A stretch of DNA of 64,000 nt from Eledone cirrhosa (GCA_964016885.1 OZ024742.1:25916001-25980000), one strand, 5' to 3'; positions 27,946-43,054 are shown, counted from the stretch's first letter. The notes: generated from the sequence alone by a model not told the origin. Program-made: numbers and translations.

Positions 27946-30900
27946 TTAAGGATACTATTTATGGTTATGTATATACTAAAACCTTTTATAGTTATATATA
28001 TTTTAAACCCTAAATAGTGAAAGAGAGTAATTCATTACTATCTTATTACCAGTAAGATAAATAGCTCAATGTAACAACATCAGTTGTTTTACAGAGCAGT
28101 TATATAGAAATTACATGAATCAAAGTTCAGTTTAAATCATTTATTTGCTTATAATGGTTTCCTCCAAACCGAGGTTTGGTTCTTCGGAGCAATTATTTAG
28201 TGATTTTTTACATACTTGACCTCCTTTACAACACAAGAGACATATAGAAACATATGTATATATTGACCCACAGTGGGTTGACATCCATCATAATAATATA
28301 GCATGGCAATTTACATACAAAGATTACAGTCATATTAAAGTACAAAATTAAAGTTAAAATTAAAATTAAAATTAAAATAAAACATTGTCAGTTTATGAAG
28401 ATAAAGCAAGAGGAAAGTTTGGAGTAGCCAGTGTATGCAACAGTCTCACGTGTGGCATGCACGCGTGTCCTATTTATACAAGATTATAGTGCGGCAGATT
28501 GTTACATCTAAAACAAGCAGTCAAAGCAGGCAATCAATAGCATCATGGAGGCTGTACTGGTAAAGCATTTTTCACACACACCTGTACGATATAGAAGCCC
28601 GTGTGTAGAGAAACACCAAAAATATCAAAAATATCAAAAATATAACAAATGAGAAGCAAAACAGCACCACTGTCCTCGCACACACCACCACTCTCACAAT
28701 CCAGGAAACGCAATTTATAGACTACATGTCCATCACACGATCCACGATGATTCAACATTGGGTGCCTGGTGAACCATGTTAGAAATCATAGCTTGTCGTT
28801 CTCTATTCGATTCTATAGAGCAGGTTGTTTTTGTTGTGAGAGTTGACATCGTATTATATTCCGGAAGTGTGTGTGTGATTAAGGGGAGTTAATGTGTAAG
28901 GGGAGTTACTGCGTAAGGGGAGGTAACTAGCTGATTTCTATAGTTAAATTTATTATCCTAAAGTACATTAATGGTGTTTCAAATGAGTCCTTATCATATA
29001 AGTTTATAAACAATTTCTAAATTGAAGTATCTTATCTATAAATTACAGTGCAGTCTATCAAGAAGTACTAAAGGTGTTCATATTAGGATTATTACCTTCT
29101 ATCATGGAGTGCCACAACCGAACATTCTACATGAAGAGTCAGACCTCCAAATCAATGATCTTTGTAAGTGTAGTCTACCCGCAGAACCTGGCAGGGTCTT
29201 ATTAGAATCACTTCTATATATGACTCCTGGTAATCTCTGGGTCATTGCATGTCTGAATGCATGGCAAAGTTAAATATCACCAGGGTGGTCCAGAGATCAA
29301 TTCTCTCATACAAAGACACTAATCTGACTATCAAGCCATACATATACCTATAACTCATACATCACCTGTACATAATTCATTGCACTCAGCCTATATATTA
29401 TATAGCTCTTTTATGTTAATAAATTAATTACTTAATCTTCTATTTATCCAATGGTGGCACTCCATGCACAGGACAATGTTAGCACAACCAATTCAGTGCT
29501 TACAGTTTACATTAATTATATATTGGTGCAATGTAGTCCAAGTAATTTAAGGCCAATATACCAAAAGTAGAAGTACATGGGGATATCTCTAGGGTAAAAG
29601 GTACTAGGAGGGTGTCACTATTTGCGTTAAAGTGGATTAATGGGTGTGGAGATGAGGTGTAAGGTGTGCCCCTGATGTTAGTTGCTAGCGGTGGTGACGG
29701 GTTCAAGTCTGACATTGTTATATATTGGGTTTAAAGTTTTGGAAGGAGTGTCGGAAGCGGTGTTGGCAAGACGCGAACACTTCTGATTTTTTATTAAGGA
29801 GGTTATGGTTTGAGAAGATGATAGTATGGGTCTCTAGTAGACAGAGGTTACACAATTTATTAGGTGGTTTGTACGATGTCGCATTACCTATCACTTTCCA
29901 TTTAAGTGTATATGGTTTATTTTTAGTTTTTAGATAGTGTATGTAGCTAGATAGTGAAGTCGAGTTGGCTAGACAGTGTGTTTTGAAAGAGTGGAGGTGC
30001 AAATTGTATCTAGTTTTGAAGCAGTTAGAAGTAGAGCCTATATAGGTTTCAGAAGAGTTGTTAGTTGTGACTGTGCATGAGTATATGATATCCTTGATTA
30101 AGCATTTTTTATCTAAAGGGCAGGTTCTATTTGATCTACAGTTTCACAATTATTCTGGGTGTTAATCTGCCGGTTATTATGTTGTGTAGAAGTCTGGATG
30201 GTAGCTATAGGGTTATGGTTATGTGGGTTGTCGTTCCCAGCGTTATTGTTTAAACTAGTGCTATTACTATTATTTCTATTGATATTAGGGTTAGTTGCTA
30301 TAATGTTATTTTGAAGGTTTATCGTCTGTTGTGATTTAGTTTGTTGGAAGTAAGAATTAATTTTTCTTTTATTGCTACTAGCTATGTGGTATGCTATGTT
30401 AGGCGTAGTAGAGTAGGAGATTTTAATAGTGTTTTTGTTTAAAAAGCTATGGTACTTGTGGCCGGATGGGAAGTTTTTATCTAGTAGGGAGAAGAAAGCC
30501 CTAGGTAGGTTGGTAGAGACGTTCAGATTGAAAGGAGGGTTGAAAAATGTATTATTTCTTCTTCTATTTTTGTTTTTTTATGTCTGGTGAGTTGTTTCCT
30601 TTTATGGTACTATGGTAATTTCTGTGGTTTGGGTTACTTTTGATGGTATCCTCCTTATTAGTGTGTGTGTGGTTGCTATTACTATTACTAAATTTTCTCA
30701 TGGACATGTTGTGCGAAATAATGTTGTAGCTATGTGTTTTTGTAGGTAGGAACTCGATCTCTATATTATGGCCTGATCTAGCTAATGCCTGATTATAATA
30801 TTGCGAGTTTTTGCTAAATATGTTTACGTCATAGGATAGATTAGATATTCTATTAGATACTCCCTTAGAGATAGAGTTTAATATAGATCTAGGGTGGTTA

Positions 30901-31961
30901 GATTGGTATCTACGTAAATGAGTTTTTCATTAGGTTTGTGGAAAGGTGCATATATCTTTGCGTCTACGTAGAGGGTGGCGTCCAGGAAGTAAACGTTTTT
31001 AGTGTTTTTGTCCATGGTAATACTAAGGTTATAGTTTTTGAATGTCTTGTGCAATAGTTTTCTAGTTCTTTCTATATTGAATTGTTTATAATCTATAAGT
31101 AGAAGTGCATCATCGCGGTACAAACCACCGTTGAGGTATGGAAGGTCCTTATGGATTTCGTTAAGTAAATATAGGCCGACTAAATCAGTGACCTGCGTCG
31201 AGTCACTAGATCCCATGGTTATGTCGAAGTGGTTTTGCGTATCTTTGCGGGTCCATAATTGGTCTTCAAAGGTGATTACTGTTTTACGGGCAGCAAGTAT
31301 GACATCAACCTGGGGTCTAGCCAGGTCACTATTGTCCATGGCCATGATAAGTGCCTTATTTAATAGGATAGAGGAAATAGAGGTGTAGTATGAATTGATA
31401 TCAAATTGAATACATTTTTTATCCTTGTTATCCTTGATATCTTTGAACCATTTCTCTACACACGGGCTTCTATATCTTACAGGTGTGTGTGAAAAATGCT
31501 TTACCAGTACAGCCCCCATGATGCTATTGATTGCCTGCTTTGACTGCTTGTTTTAGATGTAACAATCTGCCGCACTATAATCTTGTATAAATAGGACACG
31601 CGTGCATGCCACACGTGAGACTGTTGCATACACTGGCTACTCCAAACTTTCCTCTTGCTTTATCTTCATAAACTGCCAATGTTTTATTTTAATTTTAATT
31701 TTAATTTTAACTTTAATTTTGTCTTTTAATATGACTGTAATCTTTGTATGTACATTGCCATGCTATATTATTATGATGGATGTCAACCCACTGTGGGTCA
31801 ATATATACATATGTTTCTATATGTCTCTTGTGTTGTAAAGGAGGTCAAGTATGTAAAAAATCACTAAATAATTGCTCCGAAGAACCAAACGTTGGTTTGG
31901 AGGAAACAATTGTAAGCAAATATATGATTAAAACTGAACTTTGATTCATGTAAATTGTATA

Positions 31962-31968
<7 letters not shown>
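27942..31968 (-). mobile_element. Penelope-like element PLE1 (probably Naiad-type), 5'-truncated, with an inverted terminal repeat
   Basis: RT remnant 30878-31450 (FDINSYY, ITMGS, YRDDAL); linker NPPFNLNV..ISYS; GIY-YIG region 29718-30146 (CPL..CL..IIY..YIGST..CNLCLLE). Inverted repeats 28104-28613 / 31451-31968; (TA)n flanks. Confidence 0.88.
31872..31919 (+). ncRNA. Hammerhead variant (CCGAAGA core) in the PLE1 inverted repeat; second copy at 28145-28192 on the minus strand
   Basis: Stem I TTGCT/AGCAA; CCGAAGA; stem II CCAAAC/GTTTGG; GAAA; palindromic ACAATTGT; GTA. Confidence 0.6.
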
Positions 31969-32039
<71 letters not shown>

Positions 32040-32041
<2 letters not shown>

Positions 32042-32353
32042 TGGCTGCCAACTCGTTTTCGAGTACGGCCACTACTTTATATCCATGTAGGAGAACCCCT
32101 ACTGATGCGCTGAACGAGTGTGACTTTTTAGTCCAGCCTGCGACTTGAAAACTCTGGTACAAAAACTACACTTGTGACAATTATTGACACATAGTGCTGG
32201 GCCCATGGTACCATGTGACGACAAGTGCAGAGAGATCTCCAGATATAAAGCAATGCCTGTGCGTGAAGCTTTTATAGTGAGCAAAGGCACTGCACAAAGC
32301 CAGTCTCACTCTCTTAACCAAGATGATATTTACCAAAAAGGAGAACAAGTCAA
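32040..32353 (-). mobile_element. 3' fragment of an RTE-derived non-autonomous element
   Basis: Homologous to 38338-38652; C2H2-like remnant CSFCTRVFKSQAGLKSH; ends GGCAGCCACCA(TA)n. Confidence 0.7.
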
Positions 32354-32372
32354 ATATATATATATATATATA

Positions 32373-32496
32373 TAAATATAAGTATGTATACGTAAATACA
32401 TATATGTATACAGACGTACAGTAGTATGTATATATATATGCATACTACTGTACGTCTGTATACATATAGGTATGTACGTATACATACTTATATTTA
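32373..32496. repeat. Imperfect palindrome centred on a short (TA)n
   Basis: TATACAGACGTACAGTAGTATG / CATACTACTGTACGTCTGTATA, with further outward pairing. Confidence 0.9.
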
Positions 32497-32545
32497 AGTA
32501 ACAGCCGTACTAAGAGTGAGAAATGAAATTTCGTTTCATTTTTCC

Positions 32546-32596
<51 letters not shown>

Positions 32597-32601
<5 letters not shown>

Positions 32602-35600
32602 ATACTTGGGGAGGGTCATATTGTTGTAATAATGTTGCCAAAATTGATAACAGAACACACTCACGTTTTGGTTGGGTTTCGCTTTTGCATCTTCTATATC
32701 TCCACAGTTAATTCATTCTGTCCTCAATGTTTACCATTGACTGACCAACGCTGAAAAATACAGATATAATATAGATATAAACACATATATATATAGTATA
32801 AGAAAGTTCTTTCGTTGCCCCTCTGCAACATCATCAGTGGTTTCTATTATGTTCCTCCTGTTGTATTGTACATTTAAGCCATCCTTATTTAATCTGTTTG
32901 TTTATTTATTTTTTTTTTTATTATTGTCTTCTTCTCTGCGTATGCGTTTGCGTGTGTGTATAGTGTTTGGTGTGTGTTCGCGTTAGGGTGACTGTGTTTT
33001 GGTTATTGTAATCTAACTTAGTTTACTAGTGTGTGCTTATATTTGTTTGTTGTTATTGTGCTTGTGTATTTATTTATTTATTTATTTATTTATTTATATA
33101 TATTTCTCTTAAGTCAGTATTGTTTGTTTGGTTGTTGTTGTTATTCCATTCATTTTTTCTGTTTAGCTTTGGCCTTCTAGGTTCTATTTTACTGGCCTCT
33201 CTGATTTGCCTATCTACTGGGTCATTTCTGTTTGGATATTATTTTAATTTCTATGTTGTCTATGTTACCGTCGTGTTGATGTCTGGCGTATTCATATAGT
33301 ACTGAGCCGTTTTTTCGTCCTTTTAGTTCCCCCCAGTGTTAGTCTATCCTTTCGCCTATGCTACGAGCTCTCTCGCCTATGTTTGTTGTTGTCATGTTTC
33401 TGCAAGTACCCTCTGTACATCTTATGCTATAGACTACGTTTCTAGTTTTACAGTTTATCCGGAGGTTTACTTTACATATAATACATTTCCTATTAGTACA
33501 GTGGGTTTTCTTAAAAGGGTATGTTTTGCTGATCAGTGATTTTATGGTGATTCCTGGCTTTTCTACCACCTTAATCTTTAAGTGGGTTTTTCTCAGGGCC
33601 GTTCTGCATTGGTTAGCTAATTTCCCTCCAGGGGTAAGATCCTCGAACATCGCACTCTGGTATCTCTGGTTGTCGTACCATGAGGTGGCTTTCCCTATCT
33701 TATGTTTAGTCCTATCTAAGCTATTCCATGATTTGCTCCTGTATAATGGGAAAATTCCTTTCATGTCCAGTTCTATGAGGATCTTATACTTCTCTGTGTC
33801 TCCTTCGTATACTCTGACTCTGTCTCTTTGGTTGTAGCCAGAGAACTGCATGCGGTTGATGAAGTGTTGGATGTGTCTTTCCATTTTTGTTGGGTCGCAC
33901 ATGCGGGACACGTTCTTCATCACTTGTACCAAATCTGCGATCAGAATATTACACTTAGCAGTACTTGACATTGCTGAGTCTTTGAGTGTCAGGTATTTGG
34001 AGGCCATGGGTTTAGCGTAGTGTGAGTGGAGAATTTGGGCCCTCTCATCTATTGTGTTAATGCAGAGTTCCGTGTCTAATACAGGTAGTCTATTGTTAAC
34101 GTGTTTGGAAGGGTAGTCGATAGTTACAGTTATAATCTGGTTTATGGAATTAGCTATCTGCTGGATGCCTTCCATTGTGCTACATTCTAAATCAAACTTG
34201 TTAGTGCTCTCTTGTGGGGATGTCCTTATTACTATATTGATGTCGTCTACGTAACGAGAGTACATGATGAGGTCTATGGAGCTCTCATCAAGGAGATCTT
34301 TGAGTCGCCTTTCCAACCATGCCATAAACAGGTTGGCAATGTCACCAGTTATACTGACGCCAATTGGTGCTCCCTCATTTTGGGTGTAGATCTTCTCGTT
34401 GAATTTGAATAGGTGGCCCCTTAGGGTAGTTTTAATACTAGCCCCTATTGCATGCGCGACAATCTTTATTGTTTTTAGGGGTCCGTATGGCTTTGGTCCA
34501 CCCAATCCACCTTCCCATGGGATTTTTTTTGCCATTGAGGTTATGGTGGGGTGTCTACCTCTTATGGGTCTACTGGGGCAGAAAAGGCTAAGGTCATGGC
34601 TGTCTAGGTTGTCGGTGTCATAGGTGAGTGTAAGTAGGAGGCCCAGTTCGTCTATATCGACGTCGCAGAACACCACCTCACTCTCATTGATCATCTCCAC
34701 ACATTTTTCCACAGCAAAATCAATGTTAATGGATGGGTATAGTGATACCACGACCATACTGCCTATTATGCAGTTAGATAGGTTTTTGTTTTGTTGCGTT
34801 CATTAATTCTGCTGAGGAGGTCTTCTGTACTGTGACATACGTCTGGGGACATCTTGATTATTGGGCGTATAACCATTGAGAGGAAGTAGTTGCTAGCGAT
34901 ATTTGCTCCGCATACAGGTTTTGTTGGTGGTCCTGTTGTCGGATCGTCGACTGTCTTATGGTCTTTACGGAGCCCATACAACGGTGGTATGTCATTGTTA
35001 GACGCCCGAAAGTTGTTGACAGTGCGTACTCTTTGCTTTAGGATGTCGGTCCACAGCAGCATGTGAGCGTTGAGTATTTTCTCTCTCCCCTCATGTGATT
35101 CTTTTGTAATTTCGCTCGTGTTGGTGATGTTGGGTTGCATAGCCTTGATGGCGTTCGGCATGCTGTCTCTCGACATCCTACCAGACTTATCCGTGGGTAG
35201 ACATACTACCTCACCATCCCTTGTGCGCTCCTGAGGCTAACTAAGACTTCTACAGGTTTCCTTCCAAGTAGTTGGACCTCTGGTCTGCTTTGTCTCTTAG
35301 TATATCGGTCTAAATTTGTCTAATCTTATTTCTAGCTATGGTGAACTGTGTCTCTGTCTCGTCATCTATTTGTTGTGGTATACAAACCATTTTATTAAAA
35401 GGTAACTCTCGTAGGATAAATTTTACTCATCTTATATACTTTGTCAGCTGGATTGAAGAATATTTTCTGTAAGGGGTTGTTATTATGTCCATCGTCGTAG
35501 TTGTGTGTTGCTATTATTGTTATTATGGTTGTTGTTGTTCCTACCATTAACCTTATTACTATTGTTATGAATGTTAGATGTATTGTTGTTGTTTTCTCTA

Positions 35601-36495
35601 TTGTTATTGTTGTTGCTACTGTTATTTCTACCATTGTGGTTGTTACTTTTATTATTATGTTTCTTGTTTTTGTTGTTGTTGTGTCTATCATTAATATTGC
35701 TACTCGTATTATTTCCATTATTACTACTGTGGTTGTTGTTGCTGTTATTCGTATTATTACCATTATTACCACTGTGGTTGTTTTTGTGTCTGTCGTTAAT
35801 GTTTCTATTATTATTTTGGTTGTTGTTGTTGTTCTGTCTATCGTTAATATTACTACCATTATTATTATTACTATTTCTCACTCTCCTGTTATTGTTATGA
35901 GTACTATTATAGCTGTTATTTCTATACTCAGAGATATTGTTTTTATAACGACTATTGTTATTATAGTTGTTGTTGTCCTTATAGTTGTTTTTTATTTTCG
36001 CAATCCAACGTATTTTTGGGGAAAATATTTCCAGCTCCGTTTTACACTCAATTGGATTTATCTTTTTGTAGATAGCAAATTTCGGTGGGGGTTGTAGAAC
36101 TTGTTGTTCTTGTTCACTGATTAAAGTATTCTGCATGCGCAGAGAAGAAGACAAAAATACAAAACAAAAATACATAAACAGATTAAATAAAGATGGCGTA
36201 AATATACAATACAACAGGAGGAAACATAATAGCACCACTGACGATGTTGCAGATGTGTAACGAAAGAACTTTGTTAGACTATAAATATGTTTATATCTAT
36301 ATTATACCTGTATTTTTTACCGTTTGTCAGTCAATGGTAAACATTGAGGACCGAATGAATTAAATGATATAAAAGATACAGAAGCGAAAACCAACCAAAA
36401 AGTGAGTGTATTCTGTTATTAATTCTGGCAATATTTCTACAACAATATGACCATCTCCAAGTATATTTGTTTCGACACACGATTCCATATAAAAA
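32597..36495 (-). mobile_element. Penelope-like element PLE2 with inverted terminal repeats
   Basis: RT/GIY-YIG remnants: 33339-34757 (SLYPSI, GAPIG, YSRYVDD, LPVLD, NVVYSIRC..IGE), 34766-35176 (PPLYGLRKDHK..PVCGA) and N-terminal PPPKFA..KIRW. Inverted repeats of about 350 bp at 32597-32946 / 36133-36467, with HHR-like motifs at 32802-32840 (-) and 36235-36273 (+). Confidence 0.88.
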
Positions 36496-36516
36496 CCCTC
36501 GCAAATTCATTGCCGT

Positions 36517-36576
<60 letters not shown>

Positions 36577-36577
<1 letters not shown>

Positions 36578-36780
36578 CAACACAATCTGTACAGTATATG
36601 GAAGGGATATATTAGGTTAGCGCTTGATATAACAGGAAGAGTGTCTTAACGTTTAGGGCGCTAGTCCTTCGTCAGAAGATAGAATGAGAAATAAGATTGA
36701 TTGAGGGGACGGGCGGGATGGAATTGGAAAAGATGTCTTTAGATAAAAATAACAGATCCATTCATGTTGAAATATCTTGC
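36577..36780 (-). mobile_element. HHR-bearing short insertion (family E); HHR at 36644-36679
   Basis: TCTT-CTGACGA-stem II-(G)AAAC GTT-AAGA; homologous to 62722-62925. Confidence 0.65.
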
Positions 36781-36784
36781 ATAT

Positions 36785-36892
<108 letters not shown>

Positions 36893-36921
36893 ATATGTAT
36901 ATACCTATATATATATATACA

Positions 36922-37017
<96 letters not shown>

Positions 37018-37274
37018 CATATATATAGGGAGAAAGAGAGAGAGATGGAGGCGGGAAAGAAATCGGTAGAAAGTGACCCAGCAAGAGAGTATGCACGTGC
37101 ATATCTTTCACAGCTATGAAATGTTAATTTCTCTCGTTATATATCTACCGTTACGGTTCCGAAATGAAAGAAAATGATTGTCTTTTATACAAATTATCTC
37201 CCTTTTCAGAAGCAATATACTGGTCTATTGTGTTCCCCGTGTGAGTTCTACAAGAAACCTATATTCTATGCAGC

Positions 37275-37582
37275 AGACCCGAATGGTTAAATAGTTCGAT
37301 ATACAATCTGAGGTTCGATCCCGTTTCTTGACATTTTATGCTCGTGCCATTTCCTATAGCCTCTCTTCAACATGTGCTTTGTGAGATAAACACTGTTGAC
37401 AGAAATTATTTGGTAGCTATTCGTACAAACACAGTGATGAAGTGAGACAGCCATGTTGCAACATCTATTACGGTGAATCTCCCTGAGAATTATGTTCAGT
37501 TTACCCACATCAAATATTTACATACTAATTTTGATGAACAAGTTGATTGGACAACATGAGTAGTTATCGTCGACGACGGTTG
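37275..37582 (+). mobile_element. Old tRNA-derived SINE
   Basis: A-box-like TGGTTAA and B-box GGTTCGATCCC; loose similarity to 44976-45215. Confidence 0.4.
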
Positions 37583-37898
37583 GAGGTTCATATCGTTCCA
37601 TTCCATGTCAACTGAAAATGGATGTTATTGGAATTTCTAAGGTTATTAAATCGTTTCTGCAGATATTGTTTAGTTTCACAAACGAATACACTCATACCCA
37701 GCAAAACAGTCATACAGACATATAACCACATATATACTTAATTCTCACTCCAAGTACACACCCAGGCACACGAACTCGAGCACACACGTAAAATATAGAT
37801 ATACACCCACGTATGATTGTGCAGACAAATAAATGGTTAGATGAAAATACACATAAATATATGTATCTATTTATCTATCTCTCTATCTCTCTATCTAC

Positions 37899-37936
<38 letters not shown>

Positions 37937-38049
37937 GTCTATATATAATATATATACATATATATATATATATATTACATATATATGTATATATGTATAT
38001 ATAGATATGTATGGATGGATGTATGTATGTTTATATATATATTATGTCA

Positions 38050-38651
38050 GGACACCACTTGGTGCTACTGGTAACATGTATCCCAGTACAACATGTCTCA
38101 TGGTCGGGTCGTTGGCGACTAAACTGGCAACCCCACCAAGGTTTCTTGGTGAGTAGGGTGACTTTGGACATCCTGCAGGACTAAAAACAAAACCTGTCAA
38201 AGGGCAAATGAGCTCTCAGGAGTCAATGGCCATCCACAATCACCGGGAGAGATGGCCACTAGCCTTTGTCAAGGCAGAATTCTAGGAGAAGGAAAACTCT
38301 GATATAACACCTGCAACCCTGATGGTATCCAATGATGTTGACTTGTTCCCCTTTTTGGTAAATATCATCTTGGTTAAGAGAGTGGGACTGGCTTTGTGCA
38401 ATGCCTTTGCTCACTATAAGAGCTTCACCGCACATGCATTGCTTTATATCTGGAAATCTCTCTGCACTTGTCGTTACATGGTACCAAGGGCCCAGCACTA
38501 TATGTCAGTAATTGTCACAAGTGTAGTGTTTGTACCAGAGTTTTCAAGTCGCGGGCTGGAGTAAAAATCAGACTCGTTCAGCGCTTCGATAGGAGTTCTC
38601 CTACATGGATATACAATAGTGGCCGTACTCGAAAACGAGTTGGCAGCCACC

Positions 38652-38652
<1 letters not shown>
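38050..38652 (+). mobile_element. Bipartite non-autonomous RTE-derived element
   Basis: 5' UTR-like part with CTAGGAGAAGGAAAACTCTGA joined to a 3' zinc-finger remnant and a (TA)n tail; partial second copy at 32040-32353. Confidence 0.55.
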
Positions 38653-38718
<66 letters not shown>

Positions 38719-38965
38719 CGTATGTGTGTTTATGCACACATTGACATATTGTCTTACACATATCAATACGTTGATTGAAACACACTGGTGCATATACAGA
38801 TACTCACACACGTATCTATCGGCGTGTCTATCTCTCTGTCTATCTCTATCTATCGATATATATATATTTATACATACATACATATATATAAATATATAAA
38901 TACAGCTCCCTGGTGATTTCTCACGAATGAAACAGTTCTAGTCCTGTATAAGCTCTTCTATATTA

Positions 38966-39185
<220 letters not shown>

Positions 39186-39433
39186 CATATACATAATATG
39201 GTACACATATTGAGATGTCCACACATGAATATATAAACATATATACACATCTTCATACACACATATGCAGACATTTTATTTTTTGTGTTTTCCGCCGCAT
39301 ATCTACAGAGAAAACAGAAGATATATAAAAATATAATATGGTAAACAAATACATACACACAAAGCCATCAGTACATAAATACATAAACAAACAGAGAGAA
39401 CGAGAGAGATGGAGAGAGAGAGAGAGAGAGGGG

Positions 39434-39477
<44 letters not shown>

Positions 39478-40127
39478 CAGAAATACATAACATTTTTAAA
39501 AGGAAATTAAACAAAACATGAAGCTGATAAACAAACAAACAATAACGCCGAAAAGATATAAATATAAATAGACTTGAAAAAGACACAAAACATAATATAC
39601 AAGTATTAAAAAAAAACAGAAATGTAGTTGAAAAAATATTGTTAAAAGACAATAGAGTAAATTCGAAGAAGAAAAGCATTACATGAAAGGCAAATAACTG
39701 CAAAGTCTTGATTCTATCATCCGCTACTTTGGAACTACCGTTTATATGTTTGTACTTAAAGACTATAGCTTACTAATGCCATACATTATTATTTCTAATT
39801 TTTAGGTTTTATATTTTTTCCATGAATCAGAATATTTCACAATTTTTATGAAATGTTACCTTTCTTTCTTCCTTTCTTTCTTTCTTTCTTCCTTTATTTC
39901 CTTCTTTTTTATATTTCTTTCTTTTTATGCCTGCTGTTGTTGTTGTTGTTGCTGCACTTTTTTTTTATTTTATTTTATAAAGCATAACGTTACTTTCTCT
40001 CTGTAAGGCTGTATTTATGCACGCATATATATATATATATGTGTGTACACACATATATATATATACATATATGCATATATGTATATATATATATGTGTAT
40101 ATATGCATATATATATATATACATATA

Positions 40128-40186
<59 letters not shown>

Positions 40187-40266
40187 CTTACATACATATA
40201 TATATACATATATATATATGTGCGTGTGTGTGTGCGTACGTGCATGTATGAATATGTGTGGGATAG

Positions 40267-40311
<45 letters not shown>

Positions 40312-40569
40312 TATGAATATATATATGTGTGTGTGTGTGTTTGTTTTAGCTATACATGTTCGTCAAATATTTTTCTATATTTTCCTCTCGAAAATGACAC
40401 ACACCGATATGCATGTGTATATAGACGCATATCCACGGGCCTGTTCATATATATACAAGCACATATCGAAGCTTATTATTTTTGTTTTGTTGTTGTATTT
40501 TTGTTGAGCGTTTCTTGTCGTCGTCTTAGTCTTTTGAATTGTTATGAAGTACGAGTGCTTATATTTGTA

Positions 40570-40600
<31 letters not shown>

Positions 40601-40674
40601 GTATATCTATATGTATATATATATACTATCATACAATTATGTATATACATATATTTATATATATATTTACATAC

Positions 40675-40725
<51 letters not shown>

Positions 40726-40795
40726 AAAGCATAGGAGTATCATTCTAAATATCTGATTAACTGTCGATTTACCTTACTTTCTCTCAATCTATATA

Positions 40796-40852
<57 letters not shown>

Positions 40853-41084
40853 ACATTCAGTAAGACATGTGTAAGCATGTATATATTAGGGCTCTTGTTA
40901 TTGATGATTTTTATGAGTTTCCTTGTTTTTGATATATTTACTGTTCTGTGTTTCGTCAAGTAATATTTCAATGTCACCGATATCCGGTTTAGTAAAATTC
41001 TTGCATCCTTGTCTATATAGTGGTGTTGTTATTGTTGTCATATATGTATATATATATATGTATACATATATATATATATATATG

Positions 41085-41258
<174 letters not shown>

Positions 41259-41645
41259 TTTTTCTTTAAATACAGTATTGTGTTGTGTACTCATTCCTAT
41301 CAGTTATATATTTATATGTTCCTATTGATTTTATTAATTTTCATTTTCTCAAGTGATTCACTTTGTTTTATTCTTCAGATTCTGTTTATTCCCGCTCTAA
41401 GTTCGTCATAACTTTAGCCTTTCAATATGGCTGATACAGATTTCAAGAACAAATCTTTCAATTTCATAAAAAAAATATAATATAAATGTAATAGGGTACA
41501 AACAAATTGAAGCTTTGTTACTATTGTATCGTATTCTAAAGGAATCTACATTAATACATATTTCTTTTCAAATTTCTAAAATCTCCACTATGAATCTAAT
41601 CTCCACTATGAAACTAATATACATGCATATGTATGTATTTATGTG

Positions 41646-41678
<33 letters not shown>

Positions 41679-41688
41679 ATATATGCAT

Positions 41689-41719
<31 letters not shown>

Positions 41720-41744
41720 ATTGTTTCTACTTTAAGCTCAAGGC

Positions 41745-41868
41745 CAGCAATTATCCCAGTAAGGATGAAAGGCAAAGTTAAACTAGGAGGGATTTGATCT
41801 GAGACTTTAAAGGGCCGTAACTCCATCTTGCAAATGATGGCGTCTGGCACTCTACCGATACTGCCAAT
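41745..41868 (-). mobile_element. tRNA-derived SINE (degenerate)
   Basis: Reverse complement of the 43858 family. Confidence 0.75.
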
Positions 41869-42075
41869 AATGAATATAAACTAAGGGTAACAATTTAATA
41901 TTAAATCTCTGGTACCTGTCGTCCACAACACGAATTTTATCTTTTGAAGAATATTCTTGAAGATTTTAGTGTGCATTGAGCGTCCTTCATCTTAACAAAC
42001 GTAATAATGGAATACTCTGTTACAATAGCCTATATATCTATATCTATGTGTCTATCTATCTATCTATCGATCTAT

Positions 42076-42135
<60 letters not shown>

Positions 42136-42155
42136 CCATATATATATATATATAT

Positions 42156-42353
<198 letters not shown>

Positions 42354-42408
42354 TATTTAGGTATGCATATTTATATACATTTATATGTATATTTATGTAT
42401 GCATATTG

Positions 42409-42499
<91 letters not shown>

Positions 42500-42547
42500 A
42501 TATTATATATATATATGTATGCATGTGTGTTTGTATATACGCGTGTT

Positions 42548-42589
<42 letters not shown>

Positions 42590-43054
42590 AATCAACTGGT
42601 GGACTGACCAGGCAATGAAGAATGCAATAAATCACACCTCAGCCTGTTATGCCAGTATATTGACAGTTCAAGTGTCACATCCTTGAGCATGCTTGCAAAA
42701 CAAAAGCTCTTCTGAAAAAGTCATCTGCCTGCGCATGATCGTGCAGTGTTCAATCGAGTGATAACACTCTTCTGACTAGAAGTAGCAATCAACATATCTG
42801 TGAGTGTATATGTCTCTGTCTCTGTCTCTGTTTGTCCATATACAGAAATATAATTGTCACATCCACTCTTTTATACACGGAGTTTATTCCACTCGAACGA
42901 TATAGGTGAACTAATAGAAAATAGAGTCTAACTATCTATCCCTGTACAATATACACACTACCATAAATTTAATAAAGATGTCTGGCCTTAATCATTACGT
43001 AGATTCTTTTTATCTACAGTGAACTTAACTCGATAATTGTTCATCATCATAATT

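Noticed and set aside
31451-31519. N-terminus of ORF 30878-31519
   Set aside because: Chance read-through from the inverted repeat into the truncated RT.
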